From Pelagomonas calceolata (taxonomy: Eukaryota): a DNA stretch of 64,000 nucleotides. A program made the translations under genes and the position numbers. Of this stretch, positions 54,926 to 64,000 are shown piece after piece. How positions within the stretch are numbered: position 1 is the first letter of the stretch; each line of letters starts with the position of its first letter. Location of the stretch: contig CAKKNE010000004.1 of the NCBI GenBank assembly GCA_918797485.1, positions 4,402,001 to 4,466,000 of the forward strand, read 5' to 3'. The notes under the pieces were generated by a model. That model searched no databases. It was given only the letters and a program-made list of their open reading frames with translations, and had not been told where the DNA came from.

Positions 54926-57670
54926 CTAACCGCCGTAGCCCTTGAAGAGGAAGCGCGGGTCCTCCTCCTGTTGTTCCGCGTTTCGGTGCATGCGCATGAC
55001 GCCCTTGACGTCGCGCGAGCACAGCGCGTCGAGCAGCGCGTTGTTGTCGAGCCGCGTCCACGGCCGCGGGAAGAGGTAGTTGTAGAGCAAATCTAAATCC
55101 CTGGCGTCGATGTCGCACCAGCCCGCGGCGATGATCGCGTCGACGCTCTTCTCGAAGGCCTCGCGCGTGCACGAACCGGCATTGGCCGTGTCGAAGGCCA
55201 TGAGATTACGTCGTAGCTTCTTCTTCCGGTGGTTCCGGCCGAACGCCGACGCGAAGGACCGCAGACACAATTTGAGTCGTTCATTCAACTGGTTCTCGAT
55301 GGGCACACCACTCCCGGTCACTTCACAGAGTCGAACAGCATGCGTCGTCTTCTTCAGGCACTCCTTGACCGTCGGGATCTTGTTGCCGCCCGCGATCGCG
55401 GCGCGGTACTCGTCCCTATCCACGGCTTGCAGGTCGCCCCGCTCCGGCAGAGACATCAGGAGCTTCTTCATGTAATCTCCAAAATCGCCTTCATATATTT
55501 TATCGCATAACCGCTCGTACTCGATGCCCGCCGTAATACGACTGACCTCAGTGTACTTCATCTGCAGTTGCCGCGTGTCGTCCATCGTCAAGGCGCCATG
55601 GACCTTATGCTTCTTCAACACCCGGAACCAGGACTCCTCATCGACACAACCTCGTCGTTGGTGATCCTCCCTTCGAAACGACTGCCTCATGTTGCCCCCG
55701 TTACAGTCGCCGTTGCCGACCTGCATCCGCAGCGCCTCGATGAGCTGCTTCTCGAGGTTCTTGCCGGCCGCCGCGACCGCCGCGGAACCGGCCACGCCGC
55801 ACGCCGACAATTTGGGGATCTTCGGCATGGGTGCGCTCAACACGAGAGCGTCCACAAAGTCATTATATCTCACCAGATCCTTCTCATCAGGATCGGCATA
55901 AGTCCAGCAGATCTGCTCGAGCACGTCCTCATCCAGGACATTGGCCGAGACACCATGGGAGTCCTTCTGCGACGCGTGCTCCAAATCTTTGAGGATGAGC
56001 TTGAACTCCTCTGAAGGCAAGCCTCGTCCGGAAGCGTCATTTGCTTTGAGGATCTCTCGCACTTGCACGCGCGCCGCACATAACCTTTCAGCTAATTGCT
56101 CGATGACGACATTCAGGTGCCCGCCCGCGTTCTGCTTTTTCTCGGCCTCGATGCGACGCGTGAAGCCGTCGGCGCCGATCACTCTAAAAGTTTGTAACAA
56201 TCGACCCGTGGAAGGATGCTCGAAGGGCACGATGGCACCGTCATAGAAGTCCGCCGGCCGCAACCACCGCGACAGCACACTCCCGTGGTTCTTCAGGCCC
56301 TTGCCCTCGCGCTGGTCGGGGACGTATTTCTTGTATCGTTGTCTCCCCAAAAACACGCCCGCTTCTAGACCGGAATTGCGGATCGGCGGCTCGAAGACCA
56401 TGATCGTGTCGTCGCCGAGATTATAGTTCGTCACGAAGCGCCGTTGTTTATCCATGTCCGAGACGTCGTTGTGCGCAAACTCCATTTCGAAGCGTAGTAC
56501 TTTATTGTCGGCCATCTGCCAGCGCTTGAACTCGTCCGTCGTGCTCTTGACGATCTTCGGTTGTAAGCTCAAACCCATGGAGTACAAGTCGTTCTCCGCT
56601 CCCACACCGTTGTAAGGAGGTAAAGTTTTCGGAAAGGCCGGCCCCTTGTCCTCCTCGACCTGCATGGGGTTCTGGGCGATGCCCTTGCGCTGGTAGAAGA
56701 GCTCCGTCGTGCGGTCGCAGGATAGTAGTAGTAAGCTTCTCCCCCAGACCATAATGGTGGAACCACATCTGAGATCCTCCCACGACACCTGCTTGGGCTG
56801 GTTCGCGTCGTACATGGGCGTGTCCGGGTTGAAGAACGTGTCCTTCGGGAGTTTCGAGCGGTTCAGCAGGTTCGGGAAGGGCTGGACGCCTTCCGTCTTG
56901 CACTCCTTGACTTCGACGGTCCCGTCGCGCAAGAAGAAGTGGAGGACGTACCTCCGGTCCTCGTCGCCGTCCGTCCGGTCATCTTGGTAGGCGCAGAAGA
57001 ATCTCAACACGTCGTGCGTGCCCGGCGGCATGCCGGCCAAGTGGTCGACGCGCTTCGGCTTTGGGTCGTGCCTCGGCTTGGGGATGCCCTTCCTCGCGCG
57101 CTCTTCGGCGAAGCCGTCATCCGGAATGTCGACCGCGGCGGGCTGCTGGAAGCCGTAGATGTTCCGGTAGTTTCGGCGCGTCGTCGTGTCGGCATCGGCA
57201 ATGGTGAAGATCTGGCCGTAGACGTTGATGTCCTGGCCGACGACGAAGTCGCCGGGCGTGAAGGCTCTTCCCGATTCGTGCTTGCACTTTGAGCGCTTGA
57301 GGTAGGTGCCGCCCATGTAGCCGGAGTTCTTAATTTTGGGCTCTTCGATGCCGAGCGACGCGTCCTCGGGGAAGTAGGTCATGATGCACTTGCGGAAGCG
57401 CGTGATGGCGTAGGGCCGCGACTTCGACGAGTACTCGACGATCTTCTCCTCGAACCAGGCCGTGAAGCCGAGGGCGTTCGGTTGCTTCGTGACTGCTTCG
57501 TCTTCTTCTGGTTGTTGGGGCTGGGGGACGACGCGCGCCGAGCCCTTGAAGCCGCGTCTCGTACTCGCGGCGGAGACGGGTCGTCTCCCCAAGGTCAGGT
57601 TGAGGGGGTTGCCGATGGACTCGCGCTGCCCGAGGCCGCTGCGGCTCGACGTCTTGTTGCCGCCGGCCAT
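54926..57670 (-). CDS. EFHC1/EFHC2 (RIB72-like) axonemal protein: three DM10 domains + degenerate EF-hands
   Basis: LGFTAWFEE...YFPEDASLGIEEPKIKNSG, VLRFFC...FFLRDGTVEV and VLRF...YNLGDDTIMVFEPPIRNSG. Confidence 0.88.
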   Translation of the reverse strand: MAGGNKTSSRSGLGQRESIGNPLNLTLGRRPVSAASTRRGFKGSARVVPQPQQPEEDEAVTKQPNALGFTAWFEEKIVEYSSKSRPYAITRFRKCIMTYFPEDASLGIEEPKIKNSGYMGGTYLKRSKCKHESGRAFTPGDFVVGQDINVYGQIFTIADADTTTRRNYRNIYGFQQPAAVDIPDDGFAEERARKGIPKPRHDPKPKRVDHLAGMPPGTHDVLRFFCAYQDDRTDGDEDRRYVLHFFLRDGTVEVKECKTEGVQPFPNLLNRSKLPKDTFFNPDTPMYDANQPKQVSWEDLRCGSTIMVWGRSLLLLSCDRTTELFYQRKGIAQNPMQVEEDKGPAFPKTLPPYNGVGAENDLYSMGLSLQPKIVKSTTDEFKRWQMADNKVLRFEMEFAHNDVSDMDKQRRFVTNYNLGDDTIMVFEPPIRNSGLEAGVFLGRQRYKKYVPDQREGKGLKNHGSVLSRWLRPADFYDGAIVPFEHPSTGRLLQTFRVIGADGFTRRIEAEKKQNAGGHLNVVIEQLAERLCAARVQVREILKANDASGRGLPSEEFKLILKDLEHASQKDSHGVSANVLDEDVLEQICWTYADPDEKDLVRYNDFVDALVLSAPMPKIPKLSACGVAGSAAVAAAGKNLEKQLIEALRMQVGNGDCNGGNMRQSFRREDHQRRGCVDEESWFRVLKKHKVHGALTMDDTRQLQMKYTEVSRITAGIEYERLCDKIYEGDFGDYMKKLLMSLPERGDLQAVDRDEYRAAIAGGNKIPTVKECLKKTTHAVRLCEVTGSGVPIENQLNERLKLCLRSFASAFGRNHRKKKLRRNLMAFDTANAGSCTREAFEKSVDAIIAAGWCDIDARDLDLLYNYLFPRPWTRLDNNALLDALCSRDVKGVMRMHRNAEQQEEDPRFLFKGYGG

Positions 57671-58262
57671 CTTGTGGTTGTGCGCGCTGCCTTGTTAGCG
57701 CGTAGCGTCGCGTAGCGTGTGTCTGCGTGTGCGCTGCTGGCTGCCCTTTGGCGTCTGCTCGCTCGTAGCGCTGCTTCGCGTTGACGAAGCGAGCTGAGCA
57801 AAAAGGCGTTGTGGACACTAGCCTTCGCTAGTAGCTGGCACGCCCTCCCCGCGGCGGCTCCCGCGCGGGGAGTGGTCGCACCGCTCGCCGCGGAGCGGTC
57901 GTCCGACACTTCTGGTGATATGGCTCCAACTACCTGTAGGGGCTTCAGTATGGGGCTTCGACGGGCGCCCGTGCTGCTCGCAGTCGTCGATGCGGTTCCG
58001 GGAGACCTGCAAGGGCCTCGCGGGGGCGCGCACGGGTGCGCAACGTTCCTGAGGCTAGTGTGTCTATCACCATGCGAGCTCATAGGCTCGGCATCGCTTT
58101 TTTGCCTTTGTCAACTGCGATACGTCTCGGCATTCGTGAGGGAACACATTTCGAGTGCTCGTACGCTGTGCAAAAGCGCTGAACCAATTAGTGACCTGGC
58201 GCTGAGCACCATCAGCCCAAAGTGCTGCCAGCTGAGTCGCATTGCTCGCGGCGGTGGACAAA

Positions 58263-59411
58263 ATGACGCAATCGCTGCTACCACTCCTTGGTGCGGCCGC
58301 CGGTGCCATGGTGCAGGTGCTTATAATCGCTACTGTGGGCTACATTTGTGCAAAGCGCCCAAAGGACCCGGCGCCGCTGCTGACACCAGACGCCCTCAAA
58401 GTGATCAGTCGCGTGGCGAACGACGTGTTCCTGCCGTGCCTGAGCGCGGCGGTGCTCGGCGCGCGCATTAACGTGGCCAATCTCAAAGGCGACTGGGTGC
58501 TGCTGCCCGCCGGCGTCGCCGCTACAGCACTCGGTTACGCCGTCGCGGACCTTACCGCAGCAATACTACGACCGACGCCCGCGCTGAAGCCGGCGTTGCG
58601 GGTCGCCATAGCCCACCCGAACGCGTTCGCCCTACCTCTACTGATTCTCCAGTACCTCTGCGAGCGTCCAAGTGTCAAAGAAGAGTTCGACAACGACGAA
58701 GCCGCCTGCACGGCCGAAGCCGCGGCGTCTCTGTGCCTCTACCTGACGGCGTGGCACTTTGTCTTCTGGAGTTATGCGTATGGCACGCTCGAGGACGCCG
58801 CGAAAACCCAGAGGGAGGATCGATCAAAAGCAGAGACGGCGAAGTTGTGGTGCAAGCGGCTGTTTTTGCAACCGAACATGATCGGGATGTACGCCGGGGT
58901 TATTATCGGCGCGACGCCCTTGCGGCGACTATTATTCCGGGGCGACACGCCGTTAAGACCGATCGGCCTGGCCCTCGAGACGCTGGGCGCGCCCGTCGTG
59001 GCGGTCACGGTGATGATCATGGCGGCGGCCCTCGCGAACGGCCACGCGCGGCGTAGAAGGACGAAGCGCGAGTTTTCATCTGTCGTCGAGAATAATAGTC
59101 ATGCATCGAAAGAGGACACGCGCGACGTCGCGACGGCCGTCTGGTTCATCCTCGCGCGTTTAGTGATCGTGCCCGTCATTGCATATCCCATCTTCTCTGT
59201 GATAAATCTTCCGGGCGGCAGGATGACGACGCTGATCATCCTGCTGGAGCTCGCAATGCCCGGCGCGCAGACGGTCCTCGTGACGCTCAACGCGGTTGGA
59301 AGCGGGCACGTCGCCGAGGAAATCGCGCCCTGGTACTTCCTCCAGTACGCGACGGCGATCGTCACGCTGACGGCCTTTACGGTCTGGGCCCTACACATTG
59401 TCTATCGTTGA
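58263..59411 (+). CDS. Auxin efflux carrier/PILS-like membrane transporter (Mem_trans)
   Basis: ~10 TM helices; VFLPCL, PNAFALPL, LQPNMIG and ILARLVIVP. Confidence 0.82.
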   Translation: MTQSLLPLLGAAAGAMVQVLIIATVGYICAKRPKDPAPLLTPDALKVISRVANDVFLPCLSAAVLGARINVANLKGDWVLLPAGVAATALGYAVADLTAAILRPTPALKPALRVAIAHPNAFALPLLILQYLCERPSVKEEFDNDEAACTAEAAASLCLYLTAWHFVFWSYAYGTLEDAAKTQREDRSKAETAKLWCKRLFLQPNMIGMYAGVIIGATPLRRLLFRGDTPLRPIGLALETLGAPVVAVTVMIMAAALANGHARRRRTKREFSSVVENNSHASKEDTRDVATAVWFILARLVIVPVIAYPIFSVINLPGGRMTTLIILLELAMPGAQTVLVTLNAVGSGHVAEEIAPWYFLQYATAIVTLTAFTVWALHIVYR

Positions 59412-59420
59412 AGTTAAGTT

Positions 59421-60461
59421 TTACTGTTGTCTACGTCTAGTACACCGCCAGAGCACTATCGACGAAGACGCGTACAGCGGGTGGCACTCGGCCTCGGCGA
59501 CGTCGAAGCGTTGATTAAGCGCCTCCTCGAGCCTGTCGTCGAGCTCTCGGTGGCGTTTTTTATGAGCGATCAACAGCTCCGCACCGACGACCGCGTCGAG
59601 CGCCCGCAGGAACGGCTCCAATAAATCCGCGCGGTAGATCGCGTCGGCCGACAGCACGAGGTCGTAGGGCCGCATGTCCATAATGTCCGCCGGCACTGCT
59701 TTCCTCCAGTCGTAGGCCATAGTCATGACTGAGCCGCCCGCCGCGTCGACGAGCGACCGGTGCGTCGCGCACCGTTGTAAGGTGCGCGGTACCACGTCGC
59801 TCAAATCCGTGAGCACGACGTCGCCGCCCCGAAGAGCTGCAGCTAAACCGGCCACTCCCAAACCGCTGCCCAATTCCAGGACGTTTTTTGGTGTTGTTTG
59901 ATTCCACTCGAGGGCCATCGCCAGGACGACGGACGCCTCCCAGACGCCGGCGGCCGGGCCCTGGCCCGCGCCGCAGGTACCACATTCACCTTGAGTGGGC
60001 ATGGCCGACGTCGTCAGGAGGGGCCGTCCATTTATCTGGAGCGTCCGCTCCTGGGGGCCCGTGCTCTCGTTGTCTCTTAATTCATTCGCCTCCTGTAAGT
60101 CGGCGCGGGCCTCGTCGCGCAACGACAGGTCCTCGAAATCCATCTCAATAGCTGTGGATAACGCCGCCGCCGCCTCGCGCCAGCGCCGCGCCGCGAGCAA
60201 GGCGCGGCCGCGCGTCACGGCGGCCGGCGCCCAGTGCGGGGCGGCCTCTGTAGCTTTCTGCGCGGCGACCAGAGCCTTTGCCGCCGACCGCTCGTCCTGA
60301 TCGTCGCTCGCGGCCAGCAGGACCTGGGCCGTCGCCTCCCAGGCTTTTGCATTTGATGCGTCTTCGGTCGTCGCTTCCGTTAAAGCTTCTAGTGCTCCTG
60401 CAAAGTCGCCCTCGATGGCTAGGGCTTGGCCTCGTTCTAGGGGTGTGTCTAGGGCTGCCAT
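59421..60461 (-). CDS. TPR + lysine methyltransferase (Methyltransf_16/METTL21 family)
   Basis: N-terminal TPRs; VWEASVVLA, VLELGSGLGVAGL, VVLTDL and DLVLSADAIY. Confidence 0.85.
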   Translation of the reverse strand: MAALDTPLERGQALAIEGDFAGALEALTEATTEDASNAKAWEATAQVLLAASDDQDERSAAKALVAAQKATEAAPHWAPAAVTRGRALLAARRWREAAAALSTAIEMDFEDLSLRDEARADLQEANELRDNESTGPQERTLQINGRPLLTTSAMPTQGECGTCGAGQGPAAGVWEASVVLAMALEWNQTTPKNVLELGSGLGVAGLAAALRGGDVVLTDLSDVVPRTLQRCATHRSLVDAAGGSVMTMAYDWRKAVPADIMDMRPYDLVLSADAIYRADLLEPFLRALDAVVGAELLIAHKKRHRELDDRLEEALNQRFDVAEAECHPLYASSSIVLWRCTRRRQQ

Positions 60462-60792
60462 CGTCTCCCTGGAGCCGCGCGTCGGCTAGCGTAGGAGGGA
60501 GTAAAAAGAGCTGCTGGCCACAACAAGCAGGTCTGCGTGCTCGTAGAGCTTGGCCGCGTTCACAGGCGATTGATGTGATTAATTTGCGGATACTTGAGCA
60601 CGTCGTGCGGCAAAAACCGAGCAAAACCGAGCTTTAACTCGATTCCATGGGCTAGCTTATGGACACACTAGGATTTCCCCAAGCCACAGATTTTGCTGTC
60701 GGACTCGCTGCACAGCCGCGATTTCGCTGGTTCAAGGCGACTTTCCATCCCTGCGTCACCATATCTGGTCGGTGGCGCCTCGCGAAAACGCC

Positions 60793-61986
60793 ATGCGAGC
60801 CATGCACCGCTTTTGCTCCGGAGCTCTGCTCTTGGCAGCCGCTGCCCACGCCGCAGACGAGTTACAACTCGATTTCAAGCTCAATAATGGTAACCTATTT
60901 CCAGCGGTCGGACTGGGAATAGGAAACATGCAGCGCGACCGAATTCCCAACGTGCTCGGGACCGCGATGCTGCAGCACGGCGTACAACTCGTGGATACCG
61001 CGATGGCGTCAAATACAGATGCCGCACTGCGGGATACGCGCGGACTGCAAGTGGTCACGAAGGTCTGGTACACTCATTTAGGCTACGGGCGCACAAAACT
61101 GGCAGTGGAAGACATGCTCGACGGGTTAAATGGCTGCTGCGCGGTGACCATGCTGATCCACTGGCCGCGCTGCCGCGACGACATCAGCTGGATGCACTGC
61201 GCAGAAGAAGAGCGGGCCCTCCCGCAGCGCGTCAAGGACGCCGGACCTGCCCCAGCCGAGGACGCGTGGAAGGGCTCGTGGCGGGCCTTGGAGGAGTTCT
61301 ACGCCGCTGGGCGTCTTAAGAATATTGGCGTGAGCAATTTCGAGCTAGATGACCTGAACGAACTGCTCTCGTCCTGCAAGGTCGTCCCGCAAATTTACCA
61401 GGGCAACGCCTGGCAACTCTGGTTCCGGCCCGAAGTCTTGCAAAGACTCGGTGAGGAACGCGTCGTGTATCAGGCCTACAACGTCGTGAACGGCATCGTG
61501 ACGCGAGAAAGCGCCGCGCCGCGCGCCTACCGGGTGCTGGCGGACGTCGCGCGGGCGAAGAATGCAGACGTCGGCACCGTGGTCCTCGCGGCTCTGAAAC
61601 GTAGAGGGGTCGCCACTATCCCCCGCGCGTCGTCTCCGAACCATCTGGCGGCGAACGCGCCGCAAGCCGTCGCCTCGATAGCTCTCGACGACGGCGAGGC
61701 AGACACAATTGATGCCGCCATGAAGGCGCTCATGAGCGGCCGCGACCTCCCGCCGGAACAGCCGGTGGTCGCCACGTTCACGTCCTCGCTGGACGCCGCG
61801 GTCCGGCTCTTCTGGAGGAACCCGGACACCGGCGAGGAGGTGCTCAACGGTGAAGTCAGCGGGGGCGACGGCCTGCGGATCCACACCCACCCAGGCCATA
61901 CGTTCCGGGCCTACCGCGGCGACGAGCTCGTGCGGAGCTTTACGGTGACGGCTGAACGCGGCGGGGAGGAGGCGTTTGAGTTATGA
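60793..61986 (+). CDS. Signal-peptide aldo/keto reductase-like protein with C-terminal VHL-beta-like domain
   Basis: LNNG..FPAVGLG, VDTA, VTKVW, LIHWP, KNIGVSNF and TIPRASS; C-terminal VRLFWRN..GEEV......G....IHTHPGHTF. Confidence 0.8.
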   Translation: MRAMHRFCSGALLLAAAAHAADELQLDFKLNNGNLFPAVGLGIGNMQRDRIPNVLGTAMLQHGVQLVDTAMASNTDAALRDTRGLQVVTKVWYTHLGYGRTKLAVEDMLDGLNGCCAVTMLIHWPRCRDDISWMHCAEEERALPQRVKDAGPAPAEDAWKGSWRALEEFYAAGRLKNIGVSNFELDDLNELLSSCKVVPQIYQGNAWQLWFRPEVLQRLGEERVVYQAYNVVNGIVTRESAAPRAYRVLADVARAKNADVGTVVLAALKRRGVATIPRASSPNHLAANAPQAVASIALDDGEADTIDAAMKALMSGRDLPPEQPVVATFTSSLDAAVRLFWRNPDTGEEVLNGEVSGGDGLRIHTHPGHTFRAYRGDELVRSFTVTAERGGEEAFEL

Positions 61987-62015
61987 GTGTGTTGTTACGT
62001 TTTAGTGAGTTATGT

Positions 62016-62080
62016 CAGGCTCAGGCTAGTTACGTCGCGGGGTCCCCCGTACCCCTCCCGCTCCCCCCGGGCCCACCCGT
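62016..62080. repeat. 65-bp dispersed C-rich repeat, copy 2
   Basis: 64/65 identical to 2682-2746. Confidence 0.9.
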
Positions 62081-62086
62081 ATGTTT

Positions 62087-62110
62087 GCTAGTATCTTACA
62101 GGCCGCTAGC
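62087..62110 (+). promoter_or_regulatory. 24-bp intergenic CTAG-bipartite motif copy
   Basis: gctagtatcttacaggccgctagc. Confidence 0.6.
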
Positions 62111-62280
62111 TGAAAAATATAAAAGCCACACGCAAGGTCGCAGTTGACGCTGGCGCCAAGCCGTCGTACCATAGTCGATCGAGCGTGACAGTGGTGTGCA
62201 CAAAGCGGTGAGCTCGCCGATTTTGCAATTTGCAACCCTGTAAAAGTAGATTGATAAAGCACGTGGCTGCAGACGCACTC

Positions 62281-63099
62281 ATGCATCGCGCACTCCCCGC
62301 TGCAGCCCTCGGCTGCATAGCTGCAGTAGCAAAAAGCGCGAGAAACGACGCCGCCGACGCGCCCCCGCCGCCAGCCTACAGCCGCGCAGCGCTCGGGCAC
62401 GACGCGCTCGGAGAGCGGTGGCCGCGCGACACGGCTGGCATGGTAGGCATCCCGAAGCGCGCGTGGCCGGAGCGCCAGCCGGAGATCGAAGAGGCCCCGG
62501 CGTTGCGCGAACTCTTACGAGCGTGCGAGGCCAAGGGTGAGACGTGCTCGGCCGAACGCTTCGTGCTCGCCACAGCTCTCATCGGGTCAAAGGATGACCA
62601 GGCCGAGGGCGCGGCCCTGTACGCCGTCGACGCCAATAATGACGCCGACGCGGCATGTGCGTTGGGCATCTGCTACCAAGGCGGGACGGGCGTCGACCTC
62701 GACGAGACCAGGGCCCTCGAGCTCTTCCGCGCGGCCGTGGCGAGGCAGAACCACGCCCAGAGTCACTACGAGCTTGGGGCGATGGCCTACGTGGGCCAGG
62801 GTATGGACGAGGATGAGTCGCTGGCCTTCGCGCACTGGGCCAAGGCGGCGGCCCAAGGGCACCCGGCGGCGGCGTTCATGCTGGGAGATGTGTATCTGGA
62901 GGGCCTCGCGGTGCCGAAGGACGCGGACCGAGCGCTGCGCTGGTTTGTTTTTGCGGGCGACCGGGGCCACCGCGGCGCGCGGTCGCGGGCCTTCGCGCTG
63001 ACGCAGCCCGAGACCACGGACGAGGAGACGGCCTCGGGGCGCTACACGGACGGGTCGCGCATGTCGATCGCGGACCGCGTGGCTTCTTCTTCGGAGTAA
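62281..63099 (+). CDS. Sel1-like repeat protein
   Basis: AACALGICYQGGTGV, SHYELGAMAYVGQGM and AAFMLGDVYLEGLAVPKD. Confidence 0.85.
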   Translation: MHRALPAAALGCIAAVAKSARNDAADAPPPPAYSRAALGHDALGERWPRDTAGMVGIPKRAWPERQPEIEEAPALRELLRACEAKGETCSAERFVLATALIGSKDDQAEGAALYAVDANNDADAACALGICYQGGTGVDLDETRALELFRAAVARQNHAQSHYELGAMAYVGQGMDEDESLAFAHWAKAAAQGHPAAAFMLGDVYLEGLAVPKDADRALRWFVFAGDRGHRGARSRAFALTQPETTDEETASGRYTDGSRMSIADRVASSSE

Positions 63100-63152
63100 G
63101 TACTGTGCTGTTTGTACTGAGTGCACTGAGTACGTGGTTTTTTTCGGTCCAT

Positions 63153-63221
63153 CTGCGTGCCACGTCATCGAGCGGACGTCGCGTCGATGGCGTGGAGGTG
63201 GGCGCAACGATTCAGCACGAA
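63153..63221 (-). mobile_element. TIR-less internal fragment of an introner (IE6-type) in intergenic DNA
   Basis: Reverse complement ttcgtgctgaatcgttgcgcccacctccacgccatcgacgcgacg closely matches IE6 internal 19940-19985. Confidence 0.75.
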
Positions 63222-63230
63222 GGTGTGCTT

Positions 63231-63254
63231 GCTAGTGTCTTACAGGCCGCTAGC
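63231..63254 (+). promoter_or_regulatory. 24-bp intergenic CTAG-bipartite motif copy
   Basis: gctagtgtcttacaggccgctagc, identical to 4215-4238. Confidence 0.6.
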
Positions 63255-63435
63255 CCACGCGAGCTCGGAGCCAAGATTATCTGCCGTGGCGCCTCGCGGG
63301 CCGATCAAACTTGCCCCTCGCCTTATCAGATAGCCGGCGATTGTCCGGTGACGATTTCTAGCGCGCCGGCCGCTCAGCTTTGAGTGTTTCTCACTTGCCC
63401 GGTTTTTTCTCGCTTTGCCGGCGCCGCGGAGCCGC

Positions 63436-64000
63436 ATGCGCCAGATATTTCCGGCCCAAGCGGACATGGAGCAGCATACCACGAAAAAAGTCTCGGGCGA
63501 GAAGCGCGGCCGCCCCTCTCTATCAGCGGAAGAAACCGCCGAGCAAAACCGCCTGCGGCTCTCGGCCTCGTTCAGAACCACCATGCACCACAAGGCCGGC
63601 TCGACTCTGAAGAAATACTCTGTCTTGAGGGAGTTTGCGCTCGGCGACGAGTTAGGAAGAGGCGGCAACGCGCAGCGCCGAATCATGACCTCACCGCGAG
63701 CACCCGACTCACCGATGGATTTGCGCGCAGGCTACGCGACCGTGTTCCTCGCGACGCCGACGGCCCCGGGCGCCGCGCCGCGCGCCGTCAAAGAACTGAA
63801 CCTGAAGCGCGTGAATGACATCGCCGCGCTCGAGGACGAGATAAAGACGTTGCGGCGCCTCGACCACCCGAACGTCGTGCGCCTCTACGACTGCTACCTG
63901 ACGACCGACGACTTCTTCATGGTGCTGGATCTGTGCCGCGCGGTGTGGCAATCAACTTTCGGGCGCCCCACGCCATCGACGCGACGTGCTTCCGTAGCTG
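63436..64000 (+). CDS. Ser/Thr protein kinase (CAMK/CDPK-like), 5' part
   Basis: LGDELGRGG-YATVF (GC-AG intron 63665-63730), AVK, EIKTLRRLDHPNVVRLYD, MVLDL; start at 63436 or 63466; runs off the window. Confidence 0.85.
   Translation, partial: MRQIFPAQADMEQHTTKKVSGEKRGRPSLSAEETAEQNRLRLSASFRTTMHHKAGSTLKKYSVLREFALGDELGRGGNAQRRIMTSPRAPDSPMDLRAGYATVFLATPTAPGAAPRAVKELNLKRVNDIAALEDEIKTLRRLDHPNVVRLYDCYLTTDDFFMVLDLCRAVWQSTFGRPTPSTRRASVA
63665..63738 (+). mobile_element. Degenerate introner IE9 (66-nt GC-AG intron 63665-63730)
   Basis: TSD gcaacgcg / gctacgcg; internal cacccgactcac shared with IE3; eroded TIRs. Confidence 0.65.
63933..64000 (+). mobile_element. Introner element IE10, 5' part (cut by window end)
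   Basis: Putative TSD gtgccgcg (63933-63940), then cggtgtggcaatcaa...cgccccacgccatcgacgcgacgtgcttccgtagctg, similar to the start of IE1. Confidence 0.85.

Overview
Gene-dense, GC/CpG-rich eukaryotic nuclear DNA. It is most consistent with a pelagophyte stramenopile alga (Pelagomonas/Aureococcus-like); this is inferred from bipartite plastid presequences, flagellar genes and the introner type. About 36 protein-coding genes are supportable, including SF3A2, L-rhamnonate dehydratase, 14-3-3, plastid rpl15, PrimPol, TEX9, mS33, USP39, EFHC/RIB72 and a Cys-less pLGIC. I recognised no rRNA, tRNA or CRISPR array. Ten introns are introner elements: MITE-like, with TIR CTGTGTGGAAATCAA...TTGATTTCCACACAG and an 8-bp TSD starting GT/GC. 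Removing these and the ordinary introns joins many listed ORFs, for example into one ~3,900-aa receptor-like gene at 5305-17327. The least-explained signals are: (1) a 24-bp bipartite motif GCTAGTGTCTTACAGnnCGCTAGS repeated 8-9 times, only in intergenic intervals next to a gene 5' end, twice joined to a 65-bp G-quadruplex-like repeat; (2) a membrane-anchored, extracellular FBA (Fbs-type glycan-binding) protein; (3) a signal-peptide triple cysteine-dioxygenase protein; (4) a broken LPMO-GH18 chitinase chimera; (5) a cupin-TPP enzyme fusion. Exon boundaries were read by eye and need RNA-seq confirmation.
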